From Asterias rubens (taxonomy: Eukaryota), in NCBI RefSeq assembly GCF_902459465.1, contig NC_047062.1, forward strand, positions 21,142,001-21,206,000: a DNA stretch of 64,000 bases, read 5' to 3'. Positions 47,901 to 60,300 of this stretch are shown here, piece by piece. How positions within the stretch are numbered: position 1 is the first letter of the stretch; every line of letters starts with the position of its first letter. Under the pieces are notes generated by a model. It saw nothing but the letters and a program-made list of their open reading frames with translations, made no database searches and was not told the DNA's origin. A program made the translations under genes and the position numbers.

Positions 47901-50900
47901 GCTGCTTGTGTTGGGAGTAATTATCAAAGGTGTAACCTCCCTTTCAATATAAATTCATAACACAATTCTGAGACAAATTTCCTCATGATATCTGAAGGGG
48001 GAACTGGACCATGTTCCTCGATGAGTCCCTGAACGGTTCACTGGTTGTGAATAATTCTCGTCCTCAGGGCAGACCAAACCAATCACCGTGAAAAACAGAA
48101 ATTAATATCTACACCGTGAGGTGAACTAATTTAGTAATTTGGTCATGGGGTTAATTATGCATAACCTTCATGCATTGATTGAACCTTTGTCCAGAACTTT
48201 TAGAGTTTGACCAGGGATCAAGGTAGTCGACACTTGGTCAAAGAAGAGCTTGTTATGTTGTGGTACACTTAGCGTATCCGTCAACGGTTTAAAAAAGACA
48301 GCGGGTTGTGTTCTTGGTGAGAAAAACAATGGAAAGGAGAGATGAGTTTTAATGAGATTTTTTTTGGAAATATATCATTCAAATCATTCCAAATTCAGCA
48401 GAAGATGTTACTGTCTGAAATACTGCCAATGGGTGGGGAAATCACATTTAGTTATTCAGCTCAATTTGAATATGAAAATTTTTTCGTTTTGAATTTGATT
48501 GAATGTCTCAGGTTTTTGTGTTAATTGAAGAAAACAAATTATTTAAATTTTTTCAAATTTCCGGATTCATTATAATGCTGCAGCTCCCCCTTTAAAATCT
48601 ACCATTTGCCTCAAACCTCGCTTGAACTACACGAATGACGTTGCCATCATGTGAAGAAAGATGTTGGCCTAACCGACATTTTCTATAAATTATTTGGTTT
48701 TCAATTTGTGTTGGGATGGGTGGCTTATAGGCCATTGGGTGGGATGTGGCTTTTCACCGCATGGCGAAGACATTTCCAAGGCCCTTACCAGTTAATTGTC
48801 AGCCAGGTAATGTCCATGAGGGCGGTGACAGAGGAGGGTTTGTGTCTTGACTTCATGCAGTTAAGATTAAAGGCAATGGACACTATTGGTTACTACTAAA
48901 AATAATTATCAGCATAAAACCTCTCTTGGTAACGAGTAATGGGGAGAGGTTGATAGTATAAAACATTGTGAGAAACGGCTCCCTCTCTGAAGTGACATAG
49001 TTTTCGAGAAAGAAGTAATTTTCCACCAATTTGATTTCGAAACCTCAAGTTTAGATTTTGAGGTCTCGAAATCAAGGATCTGAAAGCACACAACTTCGTG
49101 TGACAAGGGTGTTTTTTCCGACGACCAATCCAGCTCAAATTTTCACAGGTTTGTTATTTTATGCATAATGTTGAGATACACCAAGTGAGAAGACTGGTCT
49201 TTGACAATTACCAACAGTGTCCATTGTCTTTAATAGTGTTATGCATAATATTCTGTTTAAGCAGCTCTTTGGAATTATAGGCATTGGTTGTTAATTCCAC
49301 CACCTTGTCCGTTGTATACATGGGTTCATAACCTTGTGGGTGCGCGAATGTCACCAGAGAGACATAATTAATAGGGTGTGGGTATCATAGCCACTCTTAC
49401 CACGTCACCCGCACCCTATTTCTTAAGTGCATCCTTTTTGACAAGATGCAGGAAGCGTTTTTTATCCTCAGTTGGCGCGTGTCAGCGTGACTCAGCAAGG
49501 GCAAATTTGCGCTCCAATTTCCTGATCAAGGCAATTATTTGTGTAAATCAAGAACGAGAAGAATTTTGAACGAAAATTATCTAGGAAATCGGGACGTGGC
49601 TGGTTTCTACACATTGGGGGTGTAGTGAAAAGGGGCGTGGCTGTGGAAGTCACGATCCCGTTAGAGATTTCAATCTCTCGGTCAGTGACGGTCATTCTGA
49701 CACTGAACACTTTCACGGCTCTTTGGCAATATTAGTGTCAAACAATTGACGTCAAATATTGGGTTAAAGCCATTGGACCCTTTCGGTACAGAAAAAAAAA
49801 ATCACAGATTTACAAATAATTTACAGGGTTTACAGAAGGTAATGGTGAAAGACTCCTCTTGAAATATTAGTCCATGAAATGCTTTACTTTTTGAGAAAAC
49901 GGTAAAACAATATAAATTCTCGTTAGCGAGAATTACGGATTTGTTATAAACACATGTCATGACACGGCGAAACGCGCGAAAACAGGAGTGGGTTTTCCCG
50001 TTATTTTCTCCCGACTCCGATGTCCGATTGAGCCTAAATTTCCACAGGATTGTTATTTTATATATAAGTTGTGATACACGAAGCTTTAACAGCTTTAATG
50101 TTGTGAAGGAAATGCAGTTTGATACGCGATCCTTTGCACAATCCGGTCTTTAACGGAGACACACAAATAGCATAAAGAATACCGTTTATAATAATGTTGT
50201 CACATGGATCTTATTTTACGGCGTATCTGTAAACTGTTAACTGTAATAATGTGGCTGTACTGCAATTTACCCTTTTTAACTGCGCCTTTCAGAATGTACG
50301 GCATGTGCAATGATTGTTTTAAAGTGATTAAGGAAGAAAATGACCCTTAAAGGCGCTGTATCACGTTTGGTAATTGTCAAAGACCAGTGTTCTCATCCCA
50401 TCATAAGCATAAAATAACAAGCCTGTGAAAATTTGGGCTCAACTGGTCATCGAAGTTGCGAGAAATTGACAAAAGAAAAAACACTCTTGTTGGACGATTT
50501 TGTCTAGCTCGAAGTCTTTTATTATTTTAGTGAGAAAGTACCTCTTTCTCAAAAACTACGTTACTTCAGAGGGAGCCGTTTCTCACCATATTTTATACTA
50601 TCAACACTGATCGCTAACAAGTAATGTTTTTAAATAATATTTGTTTTGAGTAATTACCAAACGTGTACATTCCATTTAAAATTCCTTTGCTGCAAAAACA
50701 TCGTCAGCAGAATCAAAGCCCTTGCACAAACAGGAGCAGTGACATAATTCTTCGCAATACTTCCTTTTGCAGCATTGCACTGTGTAAGTACGTCAATGGT
50801 CTGTATTATGTTTTATATATTATGGGCATCTGTTCTATATGGAAACAGGAACACTCTTTTATTGTTAGCCCCCCTACTAAGTGTGAGTTAAAGATCTTTC

Positions 50901-53900
50901 AGCGGTATCACTTGGAATAAAAAGTGGGAGGGAAATTCGATTAATTGTAGGACTGCATTTTATTTTTCTTCAATATTCACAGTTTCTATTTATATTGAAC
51001 GTTCGCCAGTAGGAATCATGGCCCGTTTGCATGTATTGTATTGTATTGTATTGTATTGTATTCCGTGTATGTATTGTTCAGCTTATTATGCCACACGAAC
51101 CCGAATCAGTGATGTTTGTCTGTTGACGAAAGAATGAAATCTAGAGGCGGCAACAATGGTTCTCGAGGAGGAAATAAATTAATTAATTAATTAAAATTTA
51201 AAAACAAATATTTTAACGGGAAAGCAGCTTCACATGAAAGTCAACTGACGCTCCCACCTCCACATATCACACATTATGCCATAAAAACGGTTGAAACGGT
51301 TTCTGTGTGGTTCTCTATTGAGTCGATTGTATTATTATGGTAAATGACTGCGGGGTCATTGACCTCATTTGACACTGCCCCCCTTTCTAGGCCAAGTTAA
51401 CTCGAGAACGAATGTGACACATCCAGACTGTCTTCTAAATAGTTATTGCTTGAAATAAATTATGAATAACTGTATATAACTGTAGTGTAAGTCCATCAAT
51501 TTCTACTAGCACATCAACACATTATATGAGTTTGTAACATCGGTGCAAATCTATAGGCCCATGCTTGTATTTCCTTCAAAGTTCAATAACTTTTAAGGGG
51601 GGGGGCATGGCTTTTTGAGATATTACCGTCTAGGCCTGCAGACCACATTAGATTTCCAGTTTCGCACAGGCCTCAAATGTTTCATCTAATTTACAAGTGT
51701 AATTGCAACATCGGCATTGACGGCTTTGGACGGTCGTGTAAACTATAGAGTCTGGTAACTAGACATGTTGTTTTTGTTTTCTCATGATCATAAAACAATC
51801 GTAGCTATCACTTCATGGGTTCCGAACACGACCCTAGTTTTTTGTATGGAATTTAAAGACTATTGGGGGGGGGGGGGGGTTCGAACGTCCACTTGTAACT
51901 CTGACACAGTCATAGAGAGATGGGAACCTAGACAGGGTCCCAGTTTCTGGTTGCATTTGCAATCAACGTGTCACTTCACGTCAGGCAGCCGTCGTGTTAA
52001 CCTCAAAATAGTGCACCGTGAACATGGAGGGTCAGACGGTAGTCATGTGAAGAGCGATGACCTTAAATATCCTCGTACTATCTTATGCGGCTTAGCACGG
52101 GAAATACGATAGGAAGTCTGATGGACTTGGGGGAAAAATCTCGAAGAATCACAACTGAAAGTTTGCGTATCGTACTCTCTCAAAAGGTCAACACTCCAAG
52201 TTTTGTTGTAGAACGAGCAATACTTATTGGAGCAAATTTAACTAAAAAACAATGTTATATTTTGTGCATTGGTACTATCTTATATAGCACGATAGGAAGC
52301 CTGAAAGAAAAGAAATCAAAGAATCACAAACGAAAGTTTGCGTATTGCAGGCCAACACTCTCAAAGGTCAACACTTCAAGTTTCGTTACAGAAAATCAAC
52401 AATGAAAGGTTGGAAGATATTACAACACACTGTTGGCATAAGTTATATAAGGGGATATGTTTTGTGTTGGGTGTTCACTATTCTGCACATGTCCTTGCTC
52501 CATTTTACTGCAAGGATCTCGCTAAATTAAAGGAGCATTCAAGCCAGTTTTCATTTTTTTTTTACTTGTTTGAAATTATCACTTTAAAATTAAGGCCATT
52601 GCCTTCAAATAATTTTGAACAACATCTGGAGGCGGGATTAGTTTTTTTTTGCGATTTGCTTGAATGGTTGTTTTCTCAATGCACCTTTTTTAACTCATCG
52701 GATTGTGGTGCACCACTTCTTGTTTCATTGATCAAACAACAAACGTCATTGTCATAAGTTACATTCAATGAATTTCAGCAGAAAAACACCAAAGCTGTAT
52801 ATTATGAAGTATGATAAAATAGTTCACAGCTCAGTAATCATGTAAAAACAACATGTGACGAACACTATATAATATTACTTCATCATTATATTTCAGTATT
52901 TCACTGAAATGAATCTGCTGACCATGAAAACACAATGGATAGTTTGTCATGGTGTTTATTTTAGACTGCGTTCAAAAACAACCACTACTGGTTATACCCG
53001 ACGCTGGTTCGTGCATTTCTGCAATACACGATCAGTTGTTGTTTTTGTAAACAGGGATGAAACTTCCATAAACAATAACTTCCAAGTTAGATCTACATGA
53101 GGTCTAGCTTATAAACGCGGGAAAAGCACATTGGATTATTGCATTATTCTGATTGAGTGAGAGGGATGAAAACAGAAACTGAAAGAGTAACTGGGTGTGC
53201 AGTTGGGAATTAAATTGATTTGTAATGGACGAGGGAATATTGAAAAATAAAACATCCCAAATCCCATATGATGGCAACCAACACCGTTACTCCTCATGAT
53301 GTGGTTGCAGTGTTGCAGTCGTGAGGTTATGACCCGCCAATTGATTCGAAGTTTCCCACAGCTTGATTCCCACGGCATGGAGGTCAATACCGGACGCCAC
53401 AATGTGGCTCGTGTGCTAATACCCAGTGACTTTATGACGAGTCTAATCAATATCATGAGCCAGTGCTATTAGTGTTATTGCAGCCGAACCTGTTTCAATC
53501 GGTCTCTCTAAAACATCCGTTGATTAATTTGGTCACCGTGGTTCAAGATCTGTGTCTTTAAAGCCATTGGACCCTTTCGGTTCAGGAAAAAAAAAAAAAG
53601 TTCACAGATTTACAAATAACTTACAGGGTTTACAGAAGGCAATGGTGAAAGACTTCTCTTGAAATATTATTCCATGAAATGCTTAACTTTTTGAGAAAAC
53701 AGCAAAACAATATAAATTCTCGTTAACGAGAATTACGGATTTATTTTAAACACATTTCATGACACGGCGAAACGCGCGGAAACAAGGGTGGGTTTTTCCG
53801 TTGTTTTCTCCCGACTCCGATGACCGATTGAGCCTAAATTTTCACAGGTTTGTTATTTGATATAGAAGTTGTGGTACACAAAGTGTGGGCCTTGGACAAC

Positions 53901-56900
53901 ACTGTTTACCGAAAGGGTCCAATGGCTTTAATAACAGGATCATGTCAGCTATTTTGTGTGATTTTGAGCTGAGTCCGTTCTCAAACTATTGGTAAAGACT
54001 GCAAATACATTCAACGACACAAAAACAAAGTTTTTAAATGTATTTGATTCAGAATTACTCAGATTGTCATCAGTGGCGTGACTAAACATTCATTTTGTTG
54101 TTCTTCCTCAAAAATACCACAACTCATGCTCAATCTGGTTCCCATCTCCAATGCATTAAATCATTATAATGGCAAAACACACACACACACACACACCCCC
54201 ACAGGTAATGGAATAGAGTGCAAGCGTTAATCATTCTTTCCACACGATACTTAGATATCCAAGTTTGCTTATGATTTTTAATGAAAAGACATATAGGCAT
54301 ATATGGTGAAAGCAATGGCGATTGATAGGCATACAGCTCAAAGTACACTTCGGTTTCGTAAAACGTCAGTCCCCCGTATAGCTTCTGTTATCTCCTGAGA
54401 AAACATACCCAATTTATATTTAGTTAATATTTACTATCGAATTGCTATGAAGAAAAACAAACAGTACAACGTACAGATTCTGAAGAAACGAAAGCAAAAC
54501 AACACCAAATGCGTCAGTGAAGATATGCAATGGTCATGTCCCGTGGAAATGAAAACAACAATGACGTGTACATTATTTCGAAAGCTTTGGGTGAAATGGT
54601 GTTACTAATAATAATAATAATATTAATAGTACTTTTGAATTGGTATCTGAAAGGATAAGCCTGCACGAAAACGTCTAATCGTAACCCACTGGTTGTCAAT
54701 GAAACACCCATGCATTATTTGCTCATCAACCGTCGACCTGATTATAGGGTTGTTTTGGGTCAGCAACTGTAATGTTCGAAAGCTTTGGGTACATGTTGTT
54801 AATGATCTTTGAACTTTTCTATTGGTATCTGAAAGGTATAATATTAAATAAGCCTGCACAGAAACGTATATAACCGCAACCCGTAGTTCGAAAACACCCA
54901 TACATATTAACACATCACCCATCGGCCTGAGGTATAATAATGTTTTTTTTTTAAAGGGTGTGCCCTTTAAAAATGTCCACTATTATACTGCCGATAGAGT
55001 AATTACACGGTATCGTTTAAATGGCATTATTTTGAAAGCTTTTGGTAAAATTTGGTCAAGTAGGCCCTACATGATCTTTGAACTTGTCTATTAGTGTCTG
55101 AAAGGTATATAAGCCTGCACAGAAACGTAATCGCAACCCGTAGTCCGGAAACACCCATTCATATATTTTACACATCACCAATCGGCCTGTTGTGTAGTTT
55201 TTTGGGTCAGCAAAAAAAATGTCCGTTTACCCTATATAACATTTTACAACATGCCGAAAGAGCTGTATTGCACGGTATTGATAAACTAGCAAATAAAAAT
55301 AATAAAAGCAAAAGGAGTTTCGATTCAACCGGTCCCACACCGCCACAGGCATTGTGATTATATAGCCAGTTCTATTGTGTGCTTTCTACTCCCTTAACAA
55401 TACCCAGCCATGAATTCAAGTATATAATCCGACTATATAAGATGCACTTGCGACTTTTCTCTCTTTGAAGTTCAACTATTTTGAGGTTTAGCGCGGCCTG
55501 TTGTGGAATGTCCCGCCATAAGAGCCATGCTGTTATACTGTTCAATTGTATTGGGTGTAGTTCCTGGAGTTGTTGTAACAGTTGTGGCATTGGGACAGCC
55601 ATGCGCTCTTGATGAAAGATAACCGTAGCCCATGCATGTGTAATGTAGGCTTTTTTAGCGAAGAAATTTAATATGATATTTCCATTATTCAAAACAGGAA
55701 TGTTGATTTAAAAAAAAAACTTATTCGGTACGGAGATTTGGGTTCTAGGCCTATATCTGTGAGTTTACAATGGATAACATGATCCAATCATTTTGGCAAA
55801 AAAACCAAAAAGAACCAAATAGATACCCGAAACAAGTCAAGATGCGTTCGTGCACATTCGTGGACAACTTTGTCCGGTATTTTTCTGTAAGGCACTAATA
55901 CAAAAAAGGAAACAGCTGAACAGGCATGACCGTGAATCACCGAGAACCCGGGGTTTCACGGTTGATATGAGGGGAAATCGGCTCGACTGTCGTTAACTTG
56001 TAATGGTTTTACAAGATGGCATCCACTCTCATACCAAAGTACCAACTTGAGCCCATAAATTAAGAAAATCGTAAATTATTCTGCCCTAATCCTCACATTC
56101 ACCCCTTGAGTGAAAAGCATAGCATGCGATGCCATAATCCAAAGGAAAGTAATCTATGTTTTTATACATATAACAGCTGAGTTTCTTCTCTTAACTCAAT
56201 TTAAAACTATTGTGACAAGCAGTCTCTTTATTTTCACCCGGCGATTGTCAAATTAGCCACAGCAAAGCCTGCCATTTTGTAAACCATGTAATCCCCTTTT
56301 GTATCACTAACTCAAATATAAGTTACTTCAGTTATATTTTCAAATCTGTAACAATAAACAGACTGCATAATTCATTCATCTATTTATTTGACTAACTGCA
56401 AATAACGGGTGTTTCTCCTTCGTTTATGTCCTATTGCACACAGGCCTTATATTCGTGGTGGACAGTGCCGATAGAGGGCGCTTGTGGGAGGCGAGAGATG
56501 AGCTGTTTCGAGTGGTGTCGAATCCTAACATGACTAAAGGAATTCCAGTTCTTGTCTTAGCGAATAAGCAAGATTTACCAGGTAAGCAGAGTACTATGTT
56601 TTCCTGACAAATAAGTGTTAGGTGGGTCGAAAACATTCTTGAAAATCCGTTTAAAGTGAGTCATTTTCCACAAGAACAGATCCTACCTAAAGAAGGCCAC
56701 CAACTCTCTATATTATTTTTACACCATTGGCCTTTTTCGCCCAAAAGTAATAAAATCTTATAATGTCACAAACAAAAACAAACATTACACAATGTTGTCT
56801 CTGGCGTTGTTACACACAATGATATTCACAAGTTTTTTATTATAAATCCTTAGTTTTCAAAGATTGTCATTACAATCTTGGTTTGCTTCTGTTTGTTGCA

Positions 56901-57357
56901 ATTAAAGTGTTAGACATGAGTCACTCATAATTTCACATGTTGGCCTCTCTAGCTGTAACTCACTATCTCCCCAAAAGAATGAGAAAACTGATATGTGAAT
57001 AAATTTACTTCTTGGAGGTAGGACTGGTTGCCTGTAAATTGCCTCGTGTGACATGATCAATGTCAAATGAACATTCATTTACATCTTCAACTTTATACTC
57101 TCAATAAACCAAGCACACGTTTCTCTCTGTGTCAACCCCCAACAGGAGCATACAATGCAGCACGCATCTCAGAAGTGATGGACCTTCAGAGTCTCTCGGA
57201 CAATCATCCGTGGATGGTAATAGAAACCCAGGCCAGCACGGGAGAGGGTCTCCAAGAAGCCTTTAAAACCATGGCTAGAATGGTCAAACAATTCCATAAA
57301 GACTCCAGTAAAGCAGAGCTTGGAAACTCCAAATCGGGAGATGCAACAGAGGTCTAG
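35941..57357 (+). CDS. ARF-family GTPase copy 4 (218 aa) with very long introns 1 and 2
   Basis: Exons 35941-36070, 47548-47724, 56444-56581 and 57146-57357; the 177- and 138-nt internal exons and phase-1 introns match copies 1 and 3; 657 nt. [26 protein letters not shown]; G5 is TQAS. Joining the exons across 11.5-kb and 8.7-kb introns is inferred because no other matching exons were seen. Confidence 0.88.
38970..39341. mobile_element. TTAA MITE family 1, reverse orientation
   Basis: CTATTGGTAATTGTCAAAGACCAG ... CAATAGTGTCCACTGCCT, with the internal TTGATTTCGAGACCTC/GAGGTATCGAAATCAA hairpin. Confidence 0.8.
42372..43125. repeat. 4 diverged tandem copies of a unit of about 175-205 bp
   Basis: The GATT(C/T)..GCC.TGGTCGT anchor falls at 42372, 42547, 42735 and 42919. 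Shared CTTCTTGAAATTAAT, CTAAGTGTG and AAGTCCCCAACA motifs. Confidence 0.9.
44279..45478 (+). repeat. Two tandem copies (offset 865 bp) of a composite unit: head of about 240 bp with a tRNA-like SINE segment, followed by a 26-bp satellite
   Basis: 44279-44520 is near-identical to 45144-45385. A-box TGGCCGAGTGG 44379-44389; B-box-like GGTACAAGTCC 44438-44448. Arrays of 23 units and about 3.5 units follow the two heads. Confidence 0.9.
44521..45118. repeat. 26-bp palindromic minisatellite, 23 units
   Basis: GACCC anchor every 26 bp from 44547 to 45093. Unit is TGACCCGGA-A-TCCGGGTCA plus a 7-nt spacer, TTTCAAG or TTTGAAT. Confidence 0.98.
45826..46161. mobile_element. TTAA MITE family 1, reverse orientation, with a small subterminal deletion
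   Basis: TTAA at 45822-45825 and 46162-46165. Perfect internal 16-bp inverted repeat at 45979-45994 / 46008-46023. Confidence 0.85.
46300..47300 (-). mobile_element. Decayed non-LTR retrotransposon reverse transcriptase fragment
   Basis: Minus-strand frames contain PKVFEKV (like RT motif SKVFEKI, about 46730-46755) and [18 protein letters not shown] (like GVPQGSILGP, about 46452-46505) in the expected order, with many stops and frameshifts. Confidence 0.55.
48871..49229. mobile_element. TTAA MITE family 1, near full length (359 bp)
   Basis: TTAA|AGGCAATGGACACTATTGGT ... ACCAACAGTGTCCATTGTCT|TTAA. Confidence 0.9.
49768..50085. mobile_element. TTAA MITE family 2, 3-prime truncated
   Basis: TTAA|AGCCATTGGACCCTTTCGGT...; near-identical to the copy starting at 53562. 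Confidence 0.85.
50351..50675. mobile_element. Family-1-related TTAA MITE, diverged
   Basis: TTAA at 50347-50350 and 50676-50679; internal TTGGTAATTGTCAAAGACCAG and AGAGGGAGCCGTTTCTC motifs. Confidence 0.7.
51032..51061. repeat. (TGTAT)6 microsatellite
   Basis: Read directly from the sequence. Confidence 0.9.
52100..52395. repeat. Diverged local duplication of about 110 bp, two copies about 180 bp apart
   Basis: ACGATAGGAAG..AAGAATCACAA..GAAAGTTTGCGTAT..CAAAGGTCAACACT.CAAGTTT occurs at about 52105-52210 and 52288-52390. Confidence 0.75.
53562..53927. mobile_element. TTAA MITE family 2, full length (366 bp)
   Basis: Perfect 20-bp TIRs AGCCATTGGACCCTTTCGGT / ACCGAAAGGGTCCAATGGCT, with TTAA on both sides. 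Confidence 0.92.
54570..55250. repeat. Three diverged tandem copies of a unit of about 190-270 bp
   Basis: (G)TATCTGAAAGG..TAAGCCTGCAC.GAAACGT..AACCC recurs at about 54642, 54826 and 55096; GAAAGCTTT recurs at about 54580, 54778 and 55035. Confidence 0.7.
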
Positions 57358-60300
57358 CTTCACTGCTTTGGAAACTATTATTTTGACGCTGAAAAACACT
57401 GATTATACGTCGACCAAAGGCGAAAAGTGCTCTTGTTTGCTGGTGCTATGCGGAGTTCTGAAAGAGCAGCTCCACAGTCGTGTTTGTGTGGACGAATCAG
57501 CGTGAAGATTGGCAATGCAGCAGCCAATCAAATACCCAGTTATTGAACACGTGTTCACTGGTACATCGCGGTACATCATGCTGTTAGCCTGAGATAGTCT
57601 TGGCTCAAGACTCTTCTGGCGGTACTTGATGGATGAATATGGATAGAAACAAAGGATGGTCACTGATGGATTTATTGACTGGTGAACACTGAGTGGGTTA
57701 TATTCAAACGCCTATTATCCGCAGCAATAAATGTGACGTCAGATTTTGTTCGTAACCAATGGCTGCATGTGTAACCATAAAACGACTTCAAGTAAAACAT
57801 GTAAATAAAAATGGACGCTGAAAAGGAACGTTTTGTTTCTTTAGTGATTGATGTTTCAAAACAAAAATGCAAACCTGGACTGAAAATTTGCCTTCCCCAA
57901 TATTTTCGAGGGATTGTTTGCATTTGGTTTATACAATATGTAAGATATCATACCCTGTAAGTATCTACAGGATTAACTGTTAGACAAAATATTCTGTTTT
58001 GTTATTTATAGAAAAATGGTTTAAAAGTTTGTTGTTAAAAAAATGTGCTCAGATGTTTTATGAAAATTAGTGATATGATGTGTTTTATTGGATTCATTTA
58101 TCTCATGCAGTATGTGGAGATACTAATTTTAGATGTTTTTTTATTTTTTATTCTCCATGTTTTGAAGCTTTCACTTTCGTTAATAACGTCTAATACAATT
58201 GTGCAGGGTTTTGTTTGTATAAATGTAATTCGTTTTGATAAGTAAACTATGATGTACTCCTCTGTATCTCTGCCTTGTGTTATATGATAGCTTCTATCTT
58301 GTTGGGCTGGGCAAATTCATCGAGGGAAATAAATGGTGTTACTTTGGGAAATCAGAGTGATTATTTTACCGTTATCTTGTGAGGGGCGGAAAGGCCAATA
58401 CTTTTGCGACATCCAAGGCAAATTAATGGCCAGTGTGGCCTTCATGAAAAATACAGGCCTTATACGAGTGTCGCCGGAATCGGAGATACAACTACGTTCC
58501 ATCTGTACTCCCTAACTTAGTGATGTGCTTTCTCTGCGAAATACCTATGTACTTTCTCTCTTGACATGTAGAGATTTTACTAAAGATCTGCATGTTTTTG
58601 CTCCTGATCATTTTTTGTATAAAATGATCACGGTAATTATATACTAAAAGCAAAGTATAAAGTTTCAGAAGATAAAACCCCAAACCATGTTGTAATGAAA
58701 CTGAAAGTTTTACAGAAACTTTGTCTAATAGACCACAATCATCTGTACAATATTAAGACATGTTTTTATTAGTGTGTTCATCTAAGTCTTATACTATCGT
58801 CTTCTTTAAAATATATTTACTTTTCAAACTGTAAAACTGAACCAATTCAACAGCTCCTTCTGTGGTTAAGAAAATCGGGATACGAGACACGGAACGGGTG
58901 AAACAAGCTAATTACTTTAAAAGTATAGCTCTGTGAAATTGTGTAGGTCTATTGTCTTTTATGCTGCCCGAGTGGCCCAACGAATTATGCAAATTAAAAT
59001 AAGTGTAAAGCATTAAAAAATAAAACACCAAAAACATCATAGCATAATCTGCAAAGTCAACGGCTATGCACATTCATTACATGAAGGTCGACTTGTCTTC
59101 CATATCTTCATTTTAATGTTGGGCAATGAATTAACAAGAGAGGCTGAATGCTTTAACTGATGTTAAAATCATGGTGCTATGATAGTGTTCCATTTGCCCT
59201 TTAATTCGCCCTGTGTTTTCTTATCAAATTAATGTAATCATGATTGCTGTCAATGCAATTCACTACATCACCTTTGAGTTCATTAAGGCAGCATCTCAAG
59301 TGGTGCTACGACACAGCGTCCTGCAGTGATTGCCTGTCGACAGGCACTGAGTATCCGTTTACAATCACACAGTGTCAGCTGCACCAATTCTCAATGTAAT
59401 TATCAGATAATGAAAACTCAATTGGGATTCTAGGGCAACATTATATCATCTGTTATAAATTAAGTAATGATACAAGAAACCTCGTCTCTATTATTGCCCA
59501 CTTATAGGCAACCATTTTGGATTAGTATACGCTTTCAGCGATTCAAAATGGACGGCTGTTCGTGGTGCTGATGGTGAGGTTTGGAAACGGCTTTGTACAC
59601 ACGTTCAGGATAGGCCGGAACCAGCCTATTCTGATCATGACAGACCGAGCTATTAAAAATGTGAAACTAAATTTTGGAGTGGGTTTCAAGTTATGTGATT
59701 AGGGATAACCGCTTGTTTGCTTCGCCAATCAGGCATGTCTATACATATAGCCTACGTGAAATATAATTAAGTCGGTTACTTCAATATTTTGCTCAGCAAA
59801 AAACCGAGACTGAGGGTCAATGACGAGCATAGCTGGTCACGTGGTGATTTGTCAGCTGGTGATGTTTTTCACGTAAAGCCAAGCAACTTTATTTGATGAA
59901 TAGCTTGATGAATTTAATTGTCAAATAAATCAAAAGCCAGGTTTTCTGTGGACACGATCTATAGGCATAACTGCCCTTGATTAATCATGCAATTTGGATG
60001 GCCTCTATTATTTATAGTGTATGCAATAAAATACCCACTGTGTGTAAAGCATTATGCTGAATCAAATGCAAATCTGCTATGAACGTTTTCTAAATCTAAA
60101 AGAATATTTTGTTATTTTGTCTTGTATTATAGAGATGGTCAAAGATCACAGCTTCGAATTATTTACACATAATTATTATCATTTCCCTTTCTTTCAATGG
60201 TTGCCATTTGCCAAGATTGTAAAATGTACCAAAAACATTTTTTTATGCGACCATACAATGAATTGTTCCCTGTTCCAGATTGGTCTTGCATTATTTTGTG

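Noticed and set aside
47995-48130. Possible hammerhead ribozyme or Penelope-type terminus
   Set aside because: CTGA/GATGAG-like words are present, but I could not build the CUGANGA-stem II-GAAA core on either strand.
58697-58708. ISRE-like GAAACTGAAAGT downstream of copy 4, and a kappaB-like GGGGAGTCCC at about 25817-25826
   Set aside because: Single short motifs. The kappaB-like site is not conserved in the copy-1 paralogous position (GGTAGTCCC). Not enough to claim immune regulation.
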